DNA of 64,000 nt from a virus. The stretch spans positions 1 to 64,000 of IMG/VR virus record IMGVR_UViG_3300047494_000112; one strand, 5' to 3'. The position numbers and the translations under genes were made by a program. Positions 10,369 to 20,147 of this stretch are shown here, in pieces. How positions within the stretch are numbered: position 1 is the first letter of the stretch; every line of letters starts with the position of its first letter. Below the pieces are notes generated by a model, which made no database searches, had not been told where the DNA came from, and was given only the letters and a program-made list of their open reading frames with translations.

Positions 10369-10856
10369 TTTTCTCCTAACTCTTTTAGTCTCTTTTTAGC
10401 TGCATCTCTGATACTACTATCTTCATCTTTTAGTAAAGCTTTTGCATAGTTAGCATTTCCATTCCTAGCTACTGCATGTCTTACATTCCAAATTGGATCT
10501 TTTACTAGCCTATCTCTATGAGAATCGTTTCCATGTGTAGCTACTGCATGTCTTACAATCCAATCTTTATCTTTTACTAGCTTGTCTCTATGAGAATCGT
10601 TTCCATTCCATGCTACTGCTGCTCTTACATGTCTATTTGGATCTGATACTAGCTTATCTCTGTGAGAGTCATTTCCACGCTCAGCTACTGCTTCTCTTAC
10701 ATACACATTTGGATCTGAAACTAGCTTGTCCCTATGAGAATCGTTTCCATGCTCAGCTACTGCTTCTCTTACATTCCAATCTGGATCTGAAACTAGCTTG
10801 TCTAAATGTTTAGGATGACCAATTTCAGCTAAAGCTTGGCGTTGGTTAGGTGTCAT
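10365..10856 (-). CDS. LRV/HEAT-like repeat protein, family copy (5 repeats)
   Basis: Same N-cap, repeat and C-cap; ATGA overlaps at both ends. Confidence 0.92.
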   Translation of the reverse strand: MTPNQRQALAEIGHPKHLDKLVSDPDWNVREAVAEHGNDSHRDKLVSDPNVYVREAVAERGNDSHRDKLVSDPNRHVRAAVAWNGNDSHRDKLVKDKDWIVRHAVATHGNDSHRDRLVKDPIWNVRHAVARNGNANYAKALLKDEDSSIRDAAKKRLKELGEK

Positions 10857-11272
10857 TGTGAAGGACTCAAAGTAATATTACTAGTTTGAACTCCAGGTAG
10901 GCCCTCAACAGAGTACGAGAGGACAAAATAATAAGTACCGTTTGACATGTCAGCGTAAACGTTACTGTCAGCAACGGAAATAGTTACACCAGGAACAAAT
11001 TTTTGAACTGAAAAGAAAATGTCATGCAAAATTGTATAAGCGTTTTGCGTTGTAATATTATTGAAGAGAAGTTGAGGTACACCACTACCAAATTGCGGTT
11101 GAAAGGGTCGTTCTCCTGGACTTGTTAGAAGAACGTTTATAATCATGTCGTTGATAGCATTTACATTAGTTAGTTGTAGAGGTCCTGTATCTAAAGTATA
11201 ATTAGAGTTTAGATCAATTAGATAACTCTTATTAAAAACTTGATTAGTGATGACATTTAAGGTTTGACTCAT
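10853..11272 (-). CDS. Baseplate gp25/gpW-like protein
   Basis: NVLLTSPGERPFQPQFGSGV motif; 139 aa. Confidence 0.88.
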   Translation of the reverse strand: MSQTLNVITNQVFNKSYLIDLNSNYTLDTGPLQLTNVNAINDMIINVLLTSPGERPFQPQFGSGVPQLLFNNITTQNAYTILHDIFFSVQKFVPGVTISVADSNVYADMSNGTYYFVLSYSVEGLPGVQTSNITLSPSQ

Positions 11273-11274
11273 TT

Positions 11275-11919
11275 CTAATAATCCGTTTGACCAGAAAAGC
11301 TAGTGTTAGCGGGAGTTTCTCTAACTATAGGGGTTAAATTTGAAGCTGGATTAGAGCCTGTGTTTAAATTTATTTTTGTTCCTGTTAGATTAATTTTGCC
11401 ACTTGAATAAATGCTACAATCTCCAGTGGCATTTACATTTAACGATGAACTAGATACAATGTTGATTACGCCATTACTAAACTGAATATATGACCCATCA
11501 ACCATGTTATATGTCCATGTCTTGGACACTGTATCAACCTTAAAAAGATTACCAGCAGCATCAACCCATCCATATTGAGTAGGTGCAGTAAAATCTATTA
11601 GTTTACTAGACTGATCCATTGAACTACCAAGCCAATAAGTGTTCACAGCATCATTTTCAGGAAAATAGACAGCAACCTTACTACCATTTACAGGTACTCC
11701 AAAACCTCCTATGCCTGGGGCATTCCCTTGAAATAGATTTTGAATAGGTAAGGTCCAAGGCAAGACAGCATCTTGATAACCTTGATGAAGTAATCCAATA
11801 CGTACCTGCAAGCGTTGAATTCCCATTGGATCATTATTGTTAACAACATAGCCAAATAAAATTTGACCTGTTAAATTGTAAGACTGAGATTGATTATCTA
11901 ATCCATTCAAAATGGTCAT
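11275..11919 (-). CDS. Baseplate central spike (gp5/gpV-like OB-fold plus beta-repeat)
   Basis: GYVVNNNDPMGIQRLQVRI...PW...VPVNGSKVAVYF OB-fold motif; C-terminal short beta repeats ending GTKINLN. Confidence 0.85.
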   Translation of the reverse strand: MTILNGLDNQSQSYNLTGQILFGYVVNNNDPMGIQRLQVRIGLLHQGYQDAVLPWTLPIQNLFQGNAPGIGGFGVPVNGSKVAVYFPENDAVNTYWLGSSMDQSSKLIDFTAPTQYGWVDAAGNLFKVDTVSKTWTYNMVDGSYIQFSNGVINIVSSSSLNVNATGDCSIYSSGKINLTGTKINLNTGSNPASNLTPIVRETPANTSFSGQTDY

Positions 11920-12554
11920 ACATTATGTCCTAACTCTTTTATTCTAACTCTTGCAGCAGTACTAACATATTTCTCTTTATCATTTAGCAAAGCTTTAGCA
12001 TGGTTAGTGTTTCCATACTTAGCTACTGCATATCTTACAGATGAATTTTTATCTTTTACTAGCTTATCTCTATGAGAGTCGTTTCCATGCTGAGCTACTA
12101 AATATTTTACATCTGGATCTTTATCTTTTACTAGCTTGTCTCTATGAGAATCGTTTCCATGCTCAGCTACTGCATATCTTACACCTACATGTGGATCTGA
12201 AATTAGCTTGTCTCTATGGGAATCATTTCCATGCTGAGCTACTGTATATCTTACAGAATAATCTGGATCTGAAATTAATTTGTCCCTTTGAGAGTCATTT
12301 CCAATTCTAGCTACTGCTTGTCTTACAGACGAATCTTTATCTTTTACTAGCTTGTCTCTATGAGAATCGTTTCCATGCTCAGCTACTGCATATCTTACAA
12401 TCCAATCTGGATCTGATATTAGCTTATCTCTATGGGAGTCGTTTCCATTCCTAGCTACTGCTTGTCTTACATTAAAATTTGAATCTGAAACTAGCTTATC
12501 TAAATGCTTAGGATGACCAATTTGAGCTAGAGCTTGGCGTTGGTTAGGTGTCAT
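11916..12554 (-). CDS. LRV/HEAT-like repeat protein, family copy (7 repeats)
   Basis: Same architecture; sits between the hub and spike genes with ATGA overlaps on both sides. Confidence 0.92.
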   Translation of the reverse strand: MTPNQRQALAQIGHPKHLDKLVSDSNFNVRQAVARNGNDSHRDKLISDPDWIVRYAVAEHGNDSHRDKLVKDKDSSVRQAVARIGNDSQRDKLISDPDYSVRYTVAQHGNDSHRDKLISDPHVGVRYAVAEHGNDSHRDKLVKDKDPDVKYLVAQHGNDSHRDKLVKDKNSSVRYAVAKYGNTNHAKALLNDKEKYVSTAARVRIKELGHNV

Positions 12555-13732
12555 GAGAGCAATCCTGAAACAGTATTAGCCGTAATTGGTCCATTATTAG
12601 TTAGTTCTAATTTCTCGTAATAGCGATTAGACCAATACACTCTACTTGTAGCTGTCACAATATAGGTCCCATTCACCAAAGAGTTTGTGTTATTTCCTTC
12701 AGTTGTAGAAGTAAAAGAAACAGTGTCAAATAACTTTAAACCTGACTTTTGGTATAACATTACGTAGACATTTTGAACGTAGGTACATTTTAATCTATGG
12801 TTTTGATGCCTAGCTTGAATATAATTATCATGCGAGTTACCGCAATCAGCTGCTGGAAGAGACATTTTTGAAACAGGCTTAATAGCACCGGAAACATTTG
12901 AATTAATGTCTAATTGATTAGTTGTCACTGTCGCATCTGTTGCTAAATATTTATTCTGATTAGGCCCTGATAGTGTTTGCTGTACAGTTCTTTGTCCATA
13001 GCCACCTAATGAATTAAATAGACCAGATCTATTAATTGCTCGATACTGCAACGCTACAAAGGTATTAGATTGAGTCTGTTGGTTAGAATTTGTTGAAGCA
13101 TTAGGTGCCCCAAAGTAAATGTATGCTACAGGAGGCTTGCTAAACAAAGGCACAATGTTGGCAAAATATAGGTTTTTTTGCTCATCTATACCCCAACTTT
13201 GTACTGAATTATTGTCTATATAGCTATGTTTTGAAACATATTCTGCAAACCCTGCCCAAGTTTTCTTGGCTGGAAGCCAAGTCATACTATCGTTTCCTGA
13301 AACATTTGTCACAAAATTAAAGCCATTTTGAGTGGCTATGTTCTTCATTACAGTGTTAGAGGTTCCAGTCAAGGTGGTATTAGGATTGCTACGGATAAAA
13401 GGAATACTATCTAATAGTCCTGTAATAGTATAAACCGTTTGATCTGAATGATTAGGCATATGAGATCTTTTAGGAGTTCCAAAAGCCCTAAACTGCACCT
13501 GAGTAGGATCATTTGTACTGGTATCATCCATAATAACGCCCAAAAGAGTACCATCTACAATAGGTAACGCTGTATTAATTACTGAGATAGGATCATTTAT
13601 CACTATCCTTAGTGAAGGTAAAGGCTGTTTAACATTTGTGGTGATAATGCACTGACAACCAGGCAAGGAAATAATTGGAAAATTAACTCCACTAATATAA
13701 AAATTTAATCTGCTTTGACCATCAATTTGCAT
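12551..13732 (-). CDS. Baseplate hub protein (gp27/Mu gp44-like)
   Basis: 393 aa, beta-rich, C-terminal GTYIVTATSRV motif; canonical position before the spike. Confidence 0.65.
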   Translation of the reverse strand: MQIDGQSRLNFYISGVNFPIISLPGCQCIITTNVKQPLPSLRIVINDPISVINTALPIVDGTLLGVIMDDTSTNDPTQVQFRAFGTPKRSHMPNHSDQTVYTITGLLDSIPFIRSNPNTTLTGTSNTVMKNIATQNGFNFVTNVSGNDSMTWLPAKKTWAGFAEYVSKHSYIDNNSVQSWGIDEQKNLYFANIVPLFSKPPVAYIYFGAPNASTNSNQQTQSNTFVALQYRAINRSGLFNSLGGYGQRTVQQTLSGPNQNKYLATDATVTTNQLDINSNVSGAIKPVSKMSLPAADCGNSHDNYIQARHQNHRLKCTYVQNVYVMLYQKSGLKLFDTVSFTSTTEGNNTNSLVNGTYIVTATSRVYWSNRYYEKLELTNNGPITANTVSGLLS

Positions 13733-13733
13733 A

Positions 13734-14129
13734 TTAAAAACTTACTGTTGAAGGTGTAGGAGCATTGGTTTGAATGTTAGATTGATTTATAGCTGTTGCA
13801 GCATTAGGAATTAATACAATGTCACCATTGTTCATTTGTAAAGGATGAATGTACCCATTCATCATTGCAATCATCCACCAAGTAGATGTATTACCCGTAG
13901 CTTTAAAAGCTTGGGTTGTTAATTGCTGACCAGTAGAAAAAGTGTAATAAGCAGTAGGAGATAGAGAGTTTATAACTGATAGATAAGTTTTGCTTAAGAC
14001 ATCAGGTACTAATACCTGTTTGTTATTGGTCTCAATTTGAACGTAAGGAATAAAATTGCTACGCAGATATTGCGAATTTTCATTTGTACTTGAAGTAGAT
14101 AAAGTAACATTAGGATATCCGCCCGCCAT
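13734..14129 (-). CDS. LysM-like / gp53-like baseplate wedge protein
   Basis: AFKATGNTSTWWMIAMMNGYIHP...GDIVLIP tail-X/LysM-like motif. Confidence 0.7.
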   Translation of the reverse strand: MAGGYPNVTLSTSSTNENSQYLRSNFIPYVQIETNNKQVLVPDVLSKTYLSVINSLSPTAYYTFSTGQQLTTQAFKATGNTSTWWMIAMMNGYIHPLQMNNGDIVLIPNAATAINQSNIQTNAPTPSTVSF

Positions 14130-14141
14130 CTAAAACATTCC

Positions 14142-15071
14142 TTAAAAAGAGCCAGCTAATTTTGCAATATCAGAGCTAAACGAGGATAAAGCGTCATCCA
14201 CCTTAGATCCTGTTAGCCCAGTTAGTTTTGTTATAAAATCTCCATCAACTTGAGCTTGAGATTGTTTTTTGCCACCAAAAGCTGCAGCTAAATCTTGTTT
14301 AGCATACACTCGATTTGTTGATACTCTAACGTGTACTAAGGCTGAAATATAATCTCCTTTAGCAGTAGGTAAAGTATCAATTGTAGCAGAAACGTCTTGA
14401 ATTAACACATTTGTAAACAACCAATTTGAACCTATGGATAGATTAATGTTATAACCGCCACCTGGTCCATCACCTTGAATTAAGGTAGGACCAGGCGCTT
14501 TTAAAATACCTAAACCTCCCGCGCCCCCTAAAACATAGCTGGGTAAAGTTAGAGAAAGCAGGCTTTGAATATTACCTGAAACTTCAACAGCAGCGTCTTT
14601 TACAGCATTAAACTGCAGATTCAAATTGAAAGAGATAGGAGACGTATTGACCCAAAATAATTGTGAAAAGGCTGGAATCTGTCCTGATATTCCAGTCAAG
14701 GATCGAAGTGCAGTTAGAGAGTTTTGAGCAAAAGAAGATAAATTACCTGTGCCTAACAATGTTCCTAAATCAGAAGGCATCAGAGTATGCCAATCAGAAG
14801 TTGTTGAAATTTCAAATTGTTCAGGGAGAAACGCTGTAATAAATCCTGAATTTTTGTAACCTATCTTTGTTCCAGTTTCATCTTGTCCGGATAAAACAAC
14901 CAAGTATCCTGTAGGAGTAGTTCCTGCCGCACTAGCGTCTGAACCTGAAGCGTAAACAGGCAAAGGACCTTGAGGAGTAAAGAAATTATTTGCTGCTGAA
15001 GATAACGAATTACCTATTGATGTTGAAGCGTTACCTAAAGAATTTTCAACGGATGATAAAATATCTGGCAT
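14142..15071 (-). CDS. Tail tube initiator / baseplate gp48-like protein
   Basis: WVNTSPISFNLNLQF...APGP...ISIGSNWLFTNVLIQDVSAT pattern; lies after the tape measure gene. Confidence 0.6.
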   Translation of the reverse strand: MPDILSSVENSLGNASTSIGNSLSSAANNFFTPQGPLPVYASGSDASAAGTTPTGYLVVLSGQDETGTKIGYKNSGFITAFLPEQFEISTTSDWHTLMPSDLGTLLGTGNLSSFAQNSLTALRSLTGISGQIPAFSQLFWVNTSPISFNLNLQFNAVKDAAVEVSGNIQSLLSLTLPSYVLGGAGGLGILKAPGPTLIQGDGPGGGYNINLSIGSNWLFTNVLIQDVSATIDTLPTAKGDYISALVHVRVSTNRVYAKQDLAAAFGGKKQSQAQVDGDFITKLTGLTGSKVDDALSSFSSDIAKLAGSF

Positions 15072-15076
15072 TTTGA

Positions 15077-17332
15077 TTATCCAAAAGCTACAGCAGAATT
15101 AGATGCTGTCATAGACGGATCATAGCCCATCCCCATGTGAATCTCATCAATAGAAGGCATCATTCCTGGTAAACCAGAGCCAACATTATTCATTGCTGTT
15201 TGATTTTTTGTAGTATTTGTACTGGGTGTAGATACAGGAGGAGTAGATACTACTGCCGAAGGTGTGGCTTTACTTCTATTATAAGCTATACTAGAATTTG
15301 CTAAACCTGTTGCAAAATCAGGCTGAGAATTTAAGCTTGAAGTCATATTAGCTTGAATTTGAGCCAAAGTTAGAGGTTGGCTAGTTCCTTCACTCTTGAA
15401 ATTATTATAAAATAAGCTTTGATTGCTTGCAGCAGCTTTAGGAAAAAGCTGAGCTCCAATAGAGTTTGGATTGGCGTTTAAATCTTGTATGAATTTTTCG
15501 CCTCCAGATTGCCCCATAAACCAGGTATCATACAAGTTTGTAGCTGTTGCATTTTTACCTAGTCTTTTCTTTTCATCAGAAAAATAAGCTGCAGCTAAAG
15601 CTGCTTGTTGTTTGGGGTCTTGCCAATTATAATTGGATAAAGTTATACCTAACTGTTTTCCATATTGAGAAATTAAGCCTATTGCTGTAGAATCAGTTAT
15701 TTGAAATAAGCCTTTTGCAGAAGTAGGTACACCATTGGCTCCAGCTTTGATATTTGGATTATAACCGCTTTCTTTTCCCGCAATCTTTGTCAATAAATCA
15801 GCAGTATTAGTGTCACCATTTGAAGCTGAACCAATCGCTTGAAAAGAAGAATAAGAGTTAGCACCTATATTTTGACCATTACCTATTGTTCCGCTAATAG
15901 CTGTAGCATCATTATCAGAAGGACCCATTGTTAAAAAAGACAAAGGCCCACCTACTGACGAACTTCCACCTGTCATGTATGCTGCTTGAATTATTTGAGG
16001 TGTATTTGAATTACTGGATTGGTCTGAAAAATTAGAGATAGAAGTAGCTTTATTTGAAAGAGGCTGAGTTCCATCACCTAAGATCAAATTGTTTACATAC
16101 AGTTTGTCTAAGATAATCTTTTTATTAGGTGTATAATCAGTATCTTTAATCATTGAATTAAGAATAGGCATATCTGGAGAAGGCATAGATCCAGCTGAAC
16201 CTACTGCAGGCAAATCTTTTCTTAAACCGTGATGTTTAATTAAGGCCATTGTAGAGGTGTCATTAATAGAACTAAAATTTGGAATTAAAGGTTTTCTAGT
16301 ACCACCAGTTCTCCAACCTGCCATGCCTGTAGGTAAATCTGACGCGGGTTGCATACCGCCTTCAGTATCAGCATAACCGATCAAACTTCCAACTATAGCT
16401 CCACCAACTGTTCCGTAAGGTCCTAATAAAGATCCTGCAGCAGCATCTTGAGCGGCTTGTCCTCCAACAGAAATGATTGAATTACCTAGCCTTTTTGGAT
16501 TATCAGCAGGTACACTTTCTAGCCGTAGTTTATTTGATACGCGACCCGCATTTTCACCTATTAACCCCATTCCTACAGCAGGCAACAAAAAAGGATCAGT
16601 TAAAAGACTCTTGGTGACATTTAAATCTCTAATGTGAGATAATACTGAAGAAGCTTTTTTTATAGCTCTACCTGCTGATCCTAATTCATCTCCCGGTCCA
16701 GAACCTATTGATTTAATGTCTGGTTTTGAAGCATGATCTACACCTGTAGGTTTATCTGATCCTGTAGGTTTATCTGAGCCCGGATTGTAGCCTTTGTCAG
16801 TATTTTGGCCACCTCTTCCTGAATGATTCTTAGAGGCATCACGATAATTTTTTGCATCATCATTTGCCGCTTTTTCTCTGGCAGCTTTATCTTTAGCCGC
16901 CTTATCGCGCGCCGCTTTATCTTTAGCTGCCTTATCAGCTGCAGCTTTTGCGGCAGCTGCTTTTGCGGCCGCTCCCATTAGGTCGCCAAGTAACCCACCT
17001 GATGAAAATAAACCTTTGCCGTTTTTATTTCCACCATTAGCTAAAAGATCGTAAATATCTTGAAGAATAGTATAGGTAGCCTTTTGCCATTTTTCAGTAA
17101 TAACAATGTGCTTTTTTTCTAAGGCAATATAATCAGTAAAGCCTGCTTGAAAAGCTACCACATTACCCATGCTATTGCTAGATGAATTGTTATTTATGGC
17201 TTTCAGTAAGGTAATTGTCTCTTTGCCAATTTGAGAATTTTGACGGTCACGGGTTTCTTGTTTTGCAAACTCGGTTCGCAAACTGGTCATTAAAGCTTGT
17301 CTAACTTGAAGAGCATCGGTAGTAGAAACCAT
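15077..17332 (-). CDS. Tape measure protein with SLT-type lytic transglycosylase domain
   Basis: KESGYNP...SAKGLFQIT lysozyme-fold motif; A/K/D-rich helical repeat (AAADKAAKDKAARDKAAKDK); position after the chaperone. Confidence 0.8.
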   Translation of the reverse strand: MVSTTDALQVRQALMTSLRTEFAKQETRDRQNSQIGKETITLLKAINNNSSSNSMGNVVAFQAGFTDYIALEKKHIVITEKWQKATYTILQDIYDLLANGGNKNGKGLFSSGGLLGDLMGAAAKAAAAKAAADKAAKDKAARDKAAKDKAAREKAANDDAKNYRDASKNHSGRGGQNTDKGYNPGSDKPTGSDKPTGVDHASKPDIKSIGSGPGDELGSAGRAIKKASSVLSHIRDLNVTKSLLTDPFLLPAVGMGLIGENAGRVSNKLRLESVPADNPKRLGNSIISVGGQAAQDAAAGSLLGPYGTVGGAIVGSLIGYADTEGGMQPASDLPTGMAGWRTGGTRKPLIPNFSSINDTSTMALIKHHGLRKDLPAVGSAGSMPSPDMPILNSMIKDTDYTPNKKIILDKLYVNNLILGDGTQPLSNKATSISNFSDQSSNSNTPQIIQAAYMTGGSSSVGGPLSFLTMGPSDNDATAISGTIGNGQNIGANSYSSFQAIGSASNGDTNTADLLTKIAGKESGYNPNIKAGANGVPTSAKGLFQITDSTAIGLISQYGKQLGITLSNYNWQDPKQQAALAAAYFSDEKKRLGKNATATNLYDTWFMGQSGGEKFIQDLNANPNSIGAQLFPKAAASNQSLFYNNFKSEGTSQPLTLAQIQANMTSSLNSQPDFATGLANSSIAYNRSKATPSAVVSTPPVSTPSTNTTKNQTAMNNVGSGLPGMMPSIDEIHMGMGYDPSMTASNSAVAFG

Positions 17333-17335
17333 CTA

Positions 17336-17575
17336 TTACTTCATTCCATTAAGAGCGGCAGCTAAAGCTGCTCCACGTAAAGGCTGTTTTTTGCCAGAAT
17401 TAGCCTGTACATTTTGCCTGTTATTTGCTTTAATTCTATCCAGGTTGAAAAGATCAGAAAAATAAAGAAACATTGCAGAGTTATTGTAAATAAAATCAGG
17501 AATATTTTGCATACCTACACTTAACGAGTAAACTCTATTGAGTATATCTTGCTCAGAAAAGATCGGGAAAGAAAT
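17336..17575 (-). CDS. Putative frameshift extension of the tail chaperone (G/GT type), or a separate small ORF
   Basis: 79-codon open +1 frame overlapping the chaperone end (ISFPIFSEQDILNRVYSL...LNGMK*). It ends TAA TAG immediately before the tape measure ATG. Confidence 0.55.
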   Translation of the reverse strand: MSFPIFSEQDILNRVYSLSVGMQNIPDFIYNNSAMFLYFSDLFNLDRIKANNRQNVQANSGKKQPLRGAALAAALNGMK

Positions 17576-18728
17576 CTAAAATTCCTAGTTTTAGATTAAT
17601 GGTTTCGAGCATCGGCTCCGCCTCACCCGGGTTAGATATCAATCTAGTCAATTCTTTTTGAACAGCATCTCTGCGTTTGTAAAAAAGCTCTTCAGTAATA
17701 GGATCGAGATTAATTTCAGTAGCTAGTGCATTATTAAGCATTTCAAGATCAGCTGCAAGAGTTTTTAATGCTTCATCATACACAAAATGTTGATCTTTTA
17801 CCTGTGTTGTTTCGTAGATTCCGCTATCAGATAATTCAGCAATAAACTCTTTAATCTCATAAAGTAACTCAACTCCTTCTTCACTATCTAACTTTGCTTT
17901 TTGTTCGTGCAGTCCCGATCCTTGCAAGTACATTGCACGTTCATACAGCCAAGCTTGATCTTCTTCCAATTTGCCTGAAAAAGTAGAGTAATGTTCAGAA
18001 TCTTGTACATCAGGTACTTTGTATCCTTTTGCATACCACTCCTGATAACGTTCCTTTGTCATTTTTAAAGGGGTCACTGAGACGTCAGTTAAGGCAATTT
18101 TAGTTTTATTGCTATTGCCGTAAATTGACTGCCAGGTAGCAAGGTAAGGAGTTTTGATAAAGCTATTCATGCGATGCCAGTACATTACCCAACGAGCATC
18201 AACTGTCCAAAGCTTACGAATTGAAACGTTTAAGGTCTTGTCCAAAGTGTCGTAAAGCAAGACTGTATCCCTACGTTTCTTTGCTTTGTACAACATTGCT
18301 AGTTCTGGAGCCTTGAACGGCCGGATAAAGACATTTTGTGCATCATATAGAATATTGTTTGAAGGTAAAGCTAATCTTTCACCGAACATGCTGTCTTGAG
18401 ACATTTTTTCAGTTGGACGCATTTCAACGTTATCATCAGGCATTTGTTCTAACTGAAATGCTTCTTCATTAAAGAAAGCCAAGTCAGGAGAATTTGTTAA
18501 AACCTTTGTAGGCTCAGGTAAATGCTCATTTGGCTGGTTGTACTTGATAGGTTGAATGGGTGGATTAGCTTGTACAGCGCGTTTTGGCTGAAGCTGTTCA
18601 GGTGTAGGAAGCCGTAGGTTTGAATCCAAAGCTGCATTCACGCTAACAGCGCGACGTGCTTTGTTTTGTTGGTTAGGAAAAGGTACCTGCTGAACAGGTT
18701 GAGTGGCTTGTCTCACGGATTGCTCCAA
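17553..18728 (-). CDS. Tail/baseplate hub assembly chaperone (gp26-like)
   Basis: LALPSNNILY...VFIRPFKAPE motif; lies between the tube genes and the tape measure; Pro/Gln-rich N-terminus. Confidence 0.65.
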   Translation of the reverse strand: MEQSVRQATQPVQQVPFPNQQNKARRAVSVNAALDSNLRLPTPEQLQPKRAVQANPPIQPIKYNQPNEHLPEPTKVLTNSPDLAFFNEEAFQLEQMPDDNVEMRPTEKMSQDSMFGERLALPSNNILYDAQNVFIRPFKAPELAMLYKAKKRRDTVLLYDTLDKTLNVSIRKLWTVDARWVMYWHRMNSFIKTPYLATWQSIYGNSNKTKIALTDVSVTPLKMTKERYQEWYAKGYKVPDVQDSEHYSTFSGKLEEDQAWLYERAMYLQGSGLHEQKAKLDSEEGVELLYEIKEFIAELSDSGIYETTQVKDQHFVYDEALKTLAADLEMLNNALATEINLDPITEELFYKRRDAVQKELTRLISNPGEAEPMLETINLKLGILDFFPDLF

Positions 18729-18831
18729 TTTACTAAAGGTTCAAATTTTATCATTTGGTTATAATGAACCAAAGCAGGGCAGGAGATGTCGCCCTATATT
18801 AAAATAGCTGTTAATTTGTACTTGTTTCAAC

Positions 18832-19539
18832 CTAAATTAATTGAACCAAATTTTTTGTAACACTGCTTAAAGCTGTACCGCCAGCAGCTAACAGACCTGT
18901 TGTTAAACCACCAGATAATAAAGTTGAAAACCCTTCACCTATGTAAGTAATGGTTGTTCCATTAACGGCAAACTCTGCAGCGGTCATTACCATATCAGAG
19001 TGAGAGTAATTTAAATCCACTTGCTGTTGGTGAGTAGGCCAAACGCCATCTAATTGCACCTGCATTTGTTGCAGACCAGTAGTATCATATAGTCTAATTA
19101 TAATACATCCCATGTAGTTACTAGGTGTGTACCAATTTCCTACTTTATCACGAATTTGCTGACGCCATTGTTCCAAATAATAAGAGATGGAATAAGTTTG
19201 AGGCTCATAAAAAATCAGATTAGTGTTAAGAGATTGCATCCCCTTTGGAAAATTTTGATAGATACCATTACGATAACGCTGTTCAGCAGTAATAGAATTA
19301 TAGCCAAAATTAATGTCTTTAATGTAAATATTTTCCAACTGCACTAGACCAGGAACACTAGTTATATCAGCTGTCCACATCCAGTTGGGCGCAGGATCTT
19401 GCAAGCCTTCGTATTGTGAGGTTGTAGGAAAACCTCCAATACCTACTAAAGACCCGACCAAACCTACTAAACCTGTTGCAGTTTCTGTACTAATAGCCCC
19501 GGTCAGTGAGTTTGTTACATCTGTAATCAGACCTGACAT
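18832..19539 (-). CDS. Second tail-tube-fold protein (gp54/gp19-like)
   Basis: FYEPQTYSISYYLEQWRQQI...IRLYDTTG...LDGVWPT tube-family pattern. Confidence 0.7.
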   Translation of the reverse strand: MSGLITDVTNSLTGAISTETATGLVGLVGSLVGIGGFPTTSQYEGLQDPAPNWMWTADITSVPGLVQLENIYIKDINFGYNSITAEQRYRNGIYQNFPKGMQSLNTNLIFYEPQTYSISYYLEQWRQQIRDKVGNWYTPSNYMGCIIIRLYDTTGLQQMQVQLDGVWPTHQQQVDLNYSHSDMVMTAAEFAVNGTTITYIGEGFSTLLSGGLTTGLLAAGGTALSSVTKNLVQLI

Positions 19540-19604
19540 TTAATACCACCAAGGAAACAACATTTCCAGTATTGATCTATAAATACTCATACAAAGGCTA
19601 ATCA

Positions 19605-20135
19605 TTAAAGAACCTGAACGTTACCGAAGACCGCGTAGTCGAATGAGAATGAGCATTGAATTGCCATTGCTTGAGAAGCTTGGGTAGAAAGCTGTACAGC
19701 TTGAACGGCGTCTGGAAAACAACGATACAAAGTGACCGTATCTGCAACCGAACCTGTGGTATCATAAGTAGAAATAACAGGAGTAGTTGCATAGCTATTA
19801 ATGTAGCCTTGAGAAGAACCTGAATTGGTTCCAACAATGAACTCTTGCCATTGTCTTAACGCTGCCAAAGTAGACATATCAACAGTTTCAACAAAGGTAC
19901 ATTGTAATGTACCTTGGTCAAACTCTTTCTTGCCTCTAAAGCTACGCATAACTGTGCCTAGAGGAACCGGAAACCTTTGGTTTTGAACGCCAGTAATGGC
20001 AACATCCATACACTTCAACAATAAAGTTGTAGAAGTATCTCCAAAGGTAGGAATAACACCAAAATTAATTGTGAAACGATCTGTTGAAAGAACGTCCGGT
20101 AAACTTTGCATTTGGCTTTGAGTAAGTGCGGGCAT
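19605..20135 (-). CDS. Tail tube protein
   Basis: 176 aa; FVETVDMSTLAALRQWQE...LYRCFPDAV...CSFSFDY gp19-like motifs. Confidence 0.85.
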   Translation of the reverse strand: MPALTQSQMQSLPDVLSTDRFTINFGVIPTFGDTSTTLLLKCMDVAITGVQNQRFPVPLGTVMRSFRGKKEFDQGTLQCTFVETVDMSTLAALRQWQEFIVGTNSGSSQGYINSYATTPVISTYDTTGSVADTVTLYRCFPDAVQAVQLSTQASQAMAIQCSFSFDYAVFGNVQVL

Positions 20136-20147
20136 ATTTATCTAACC

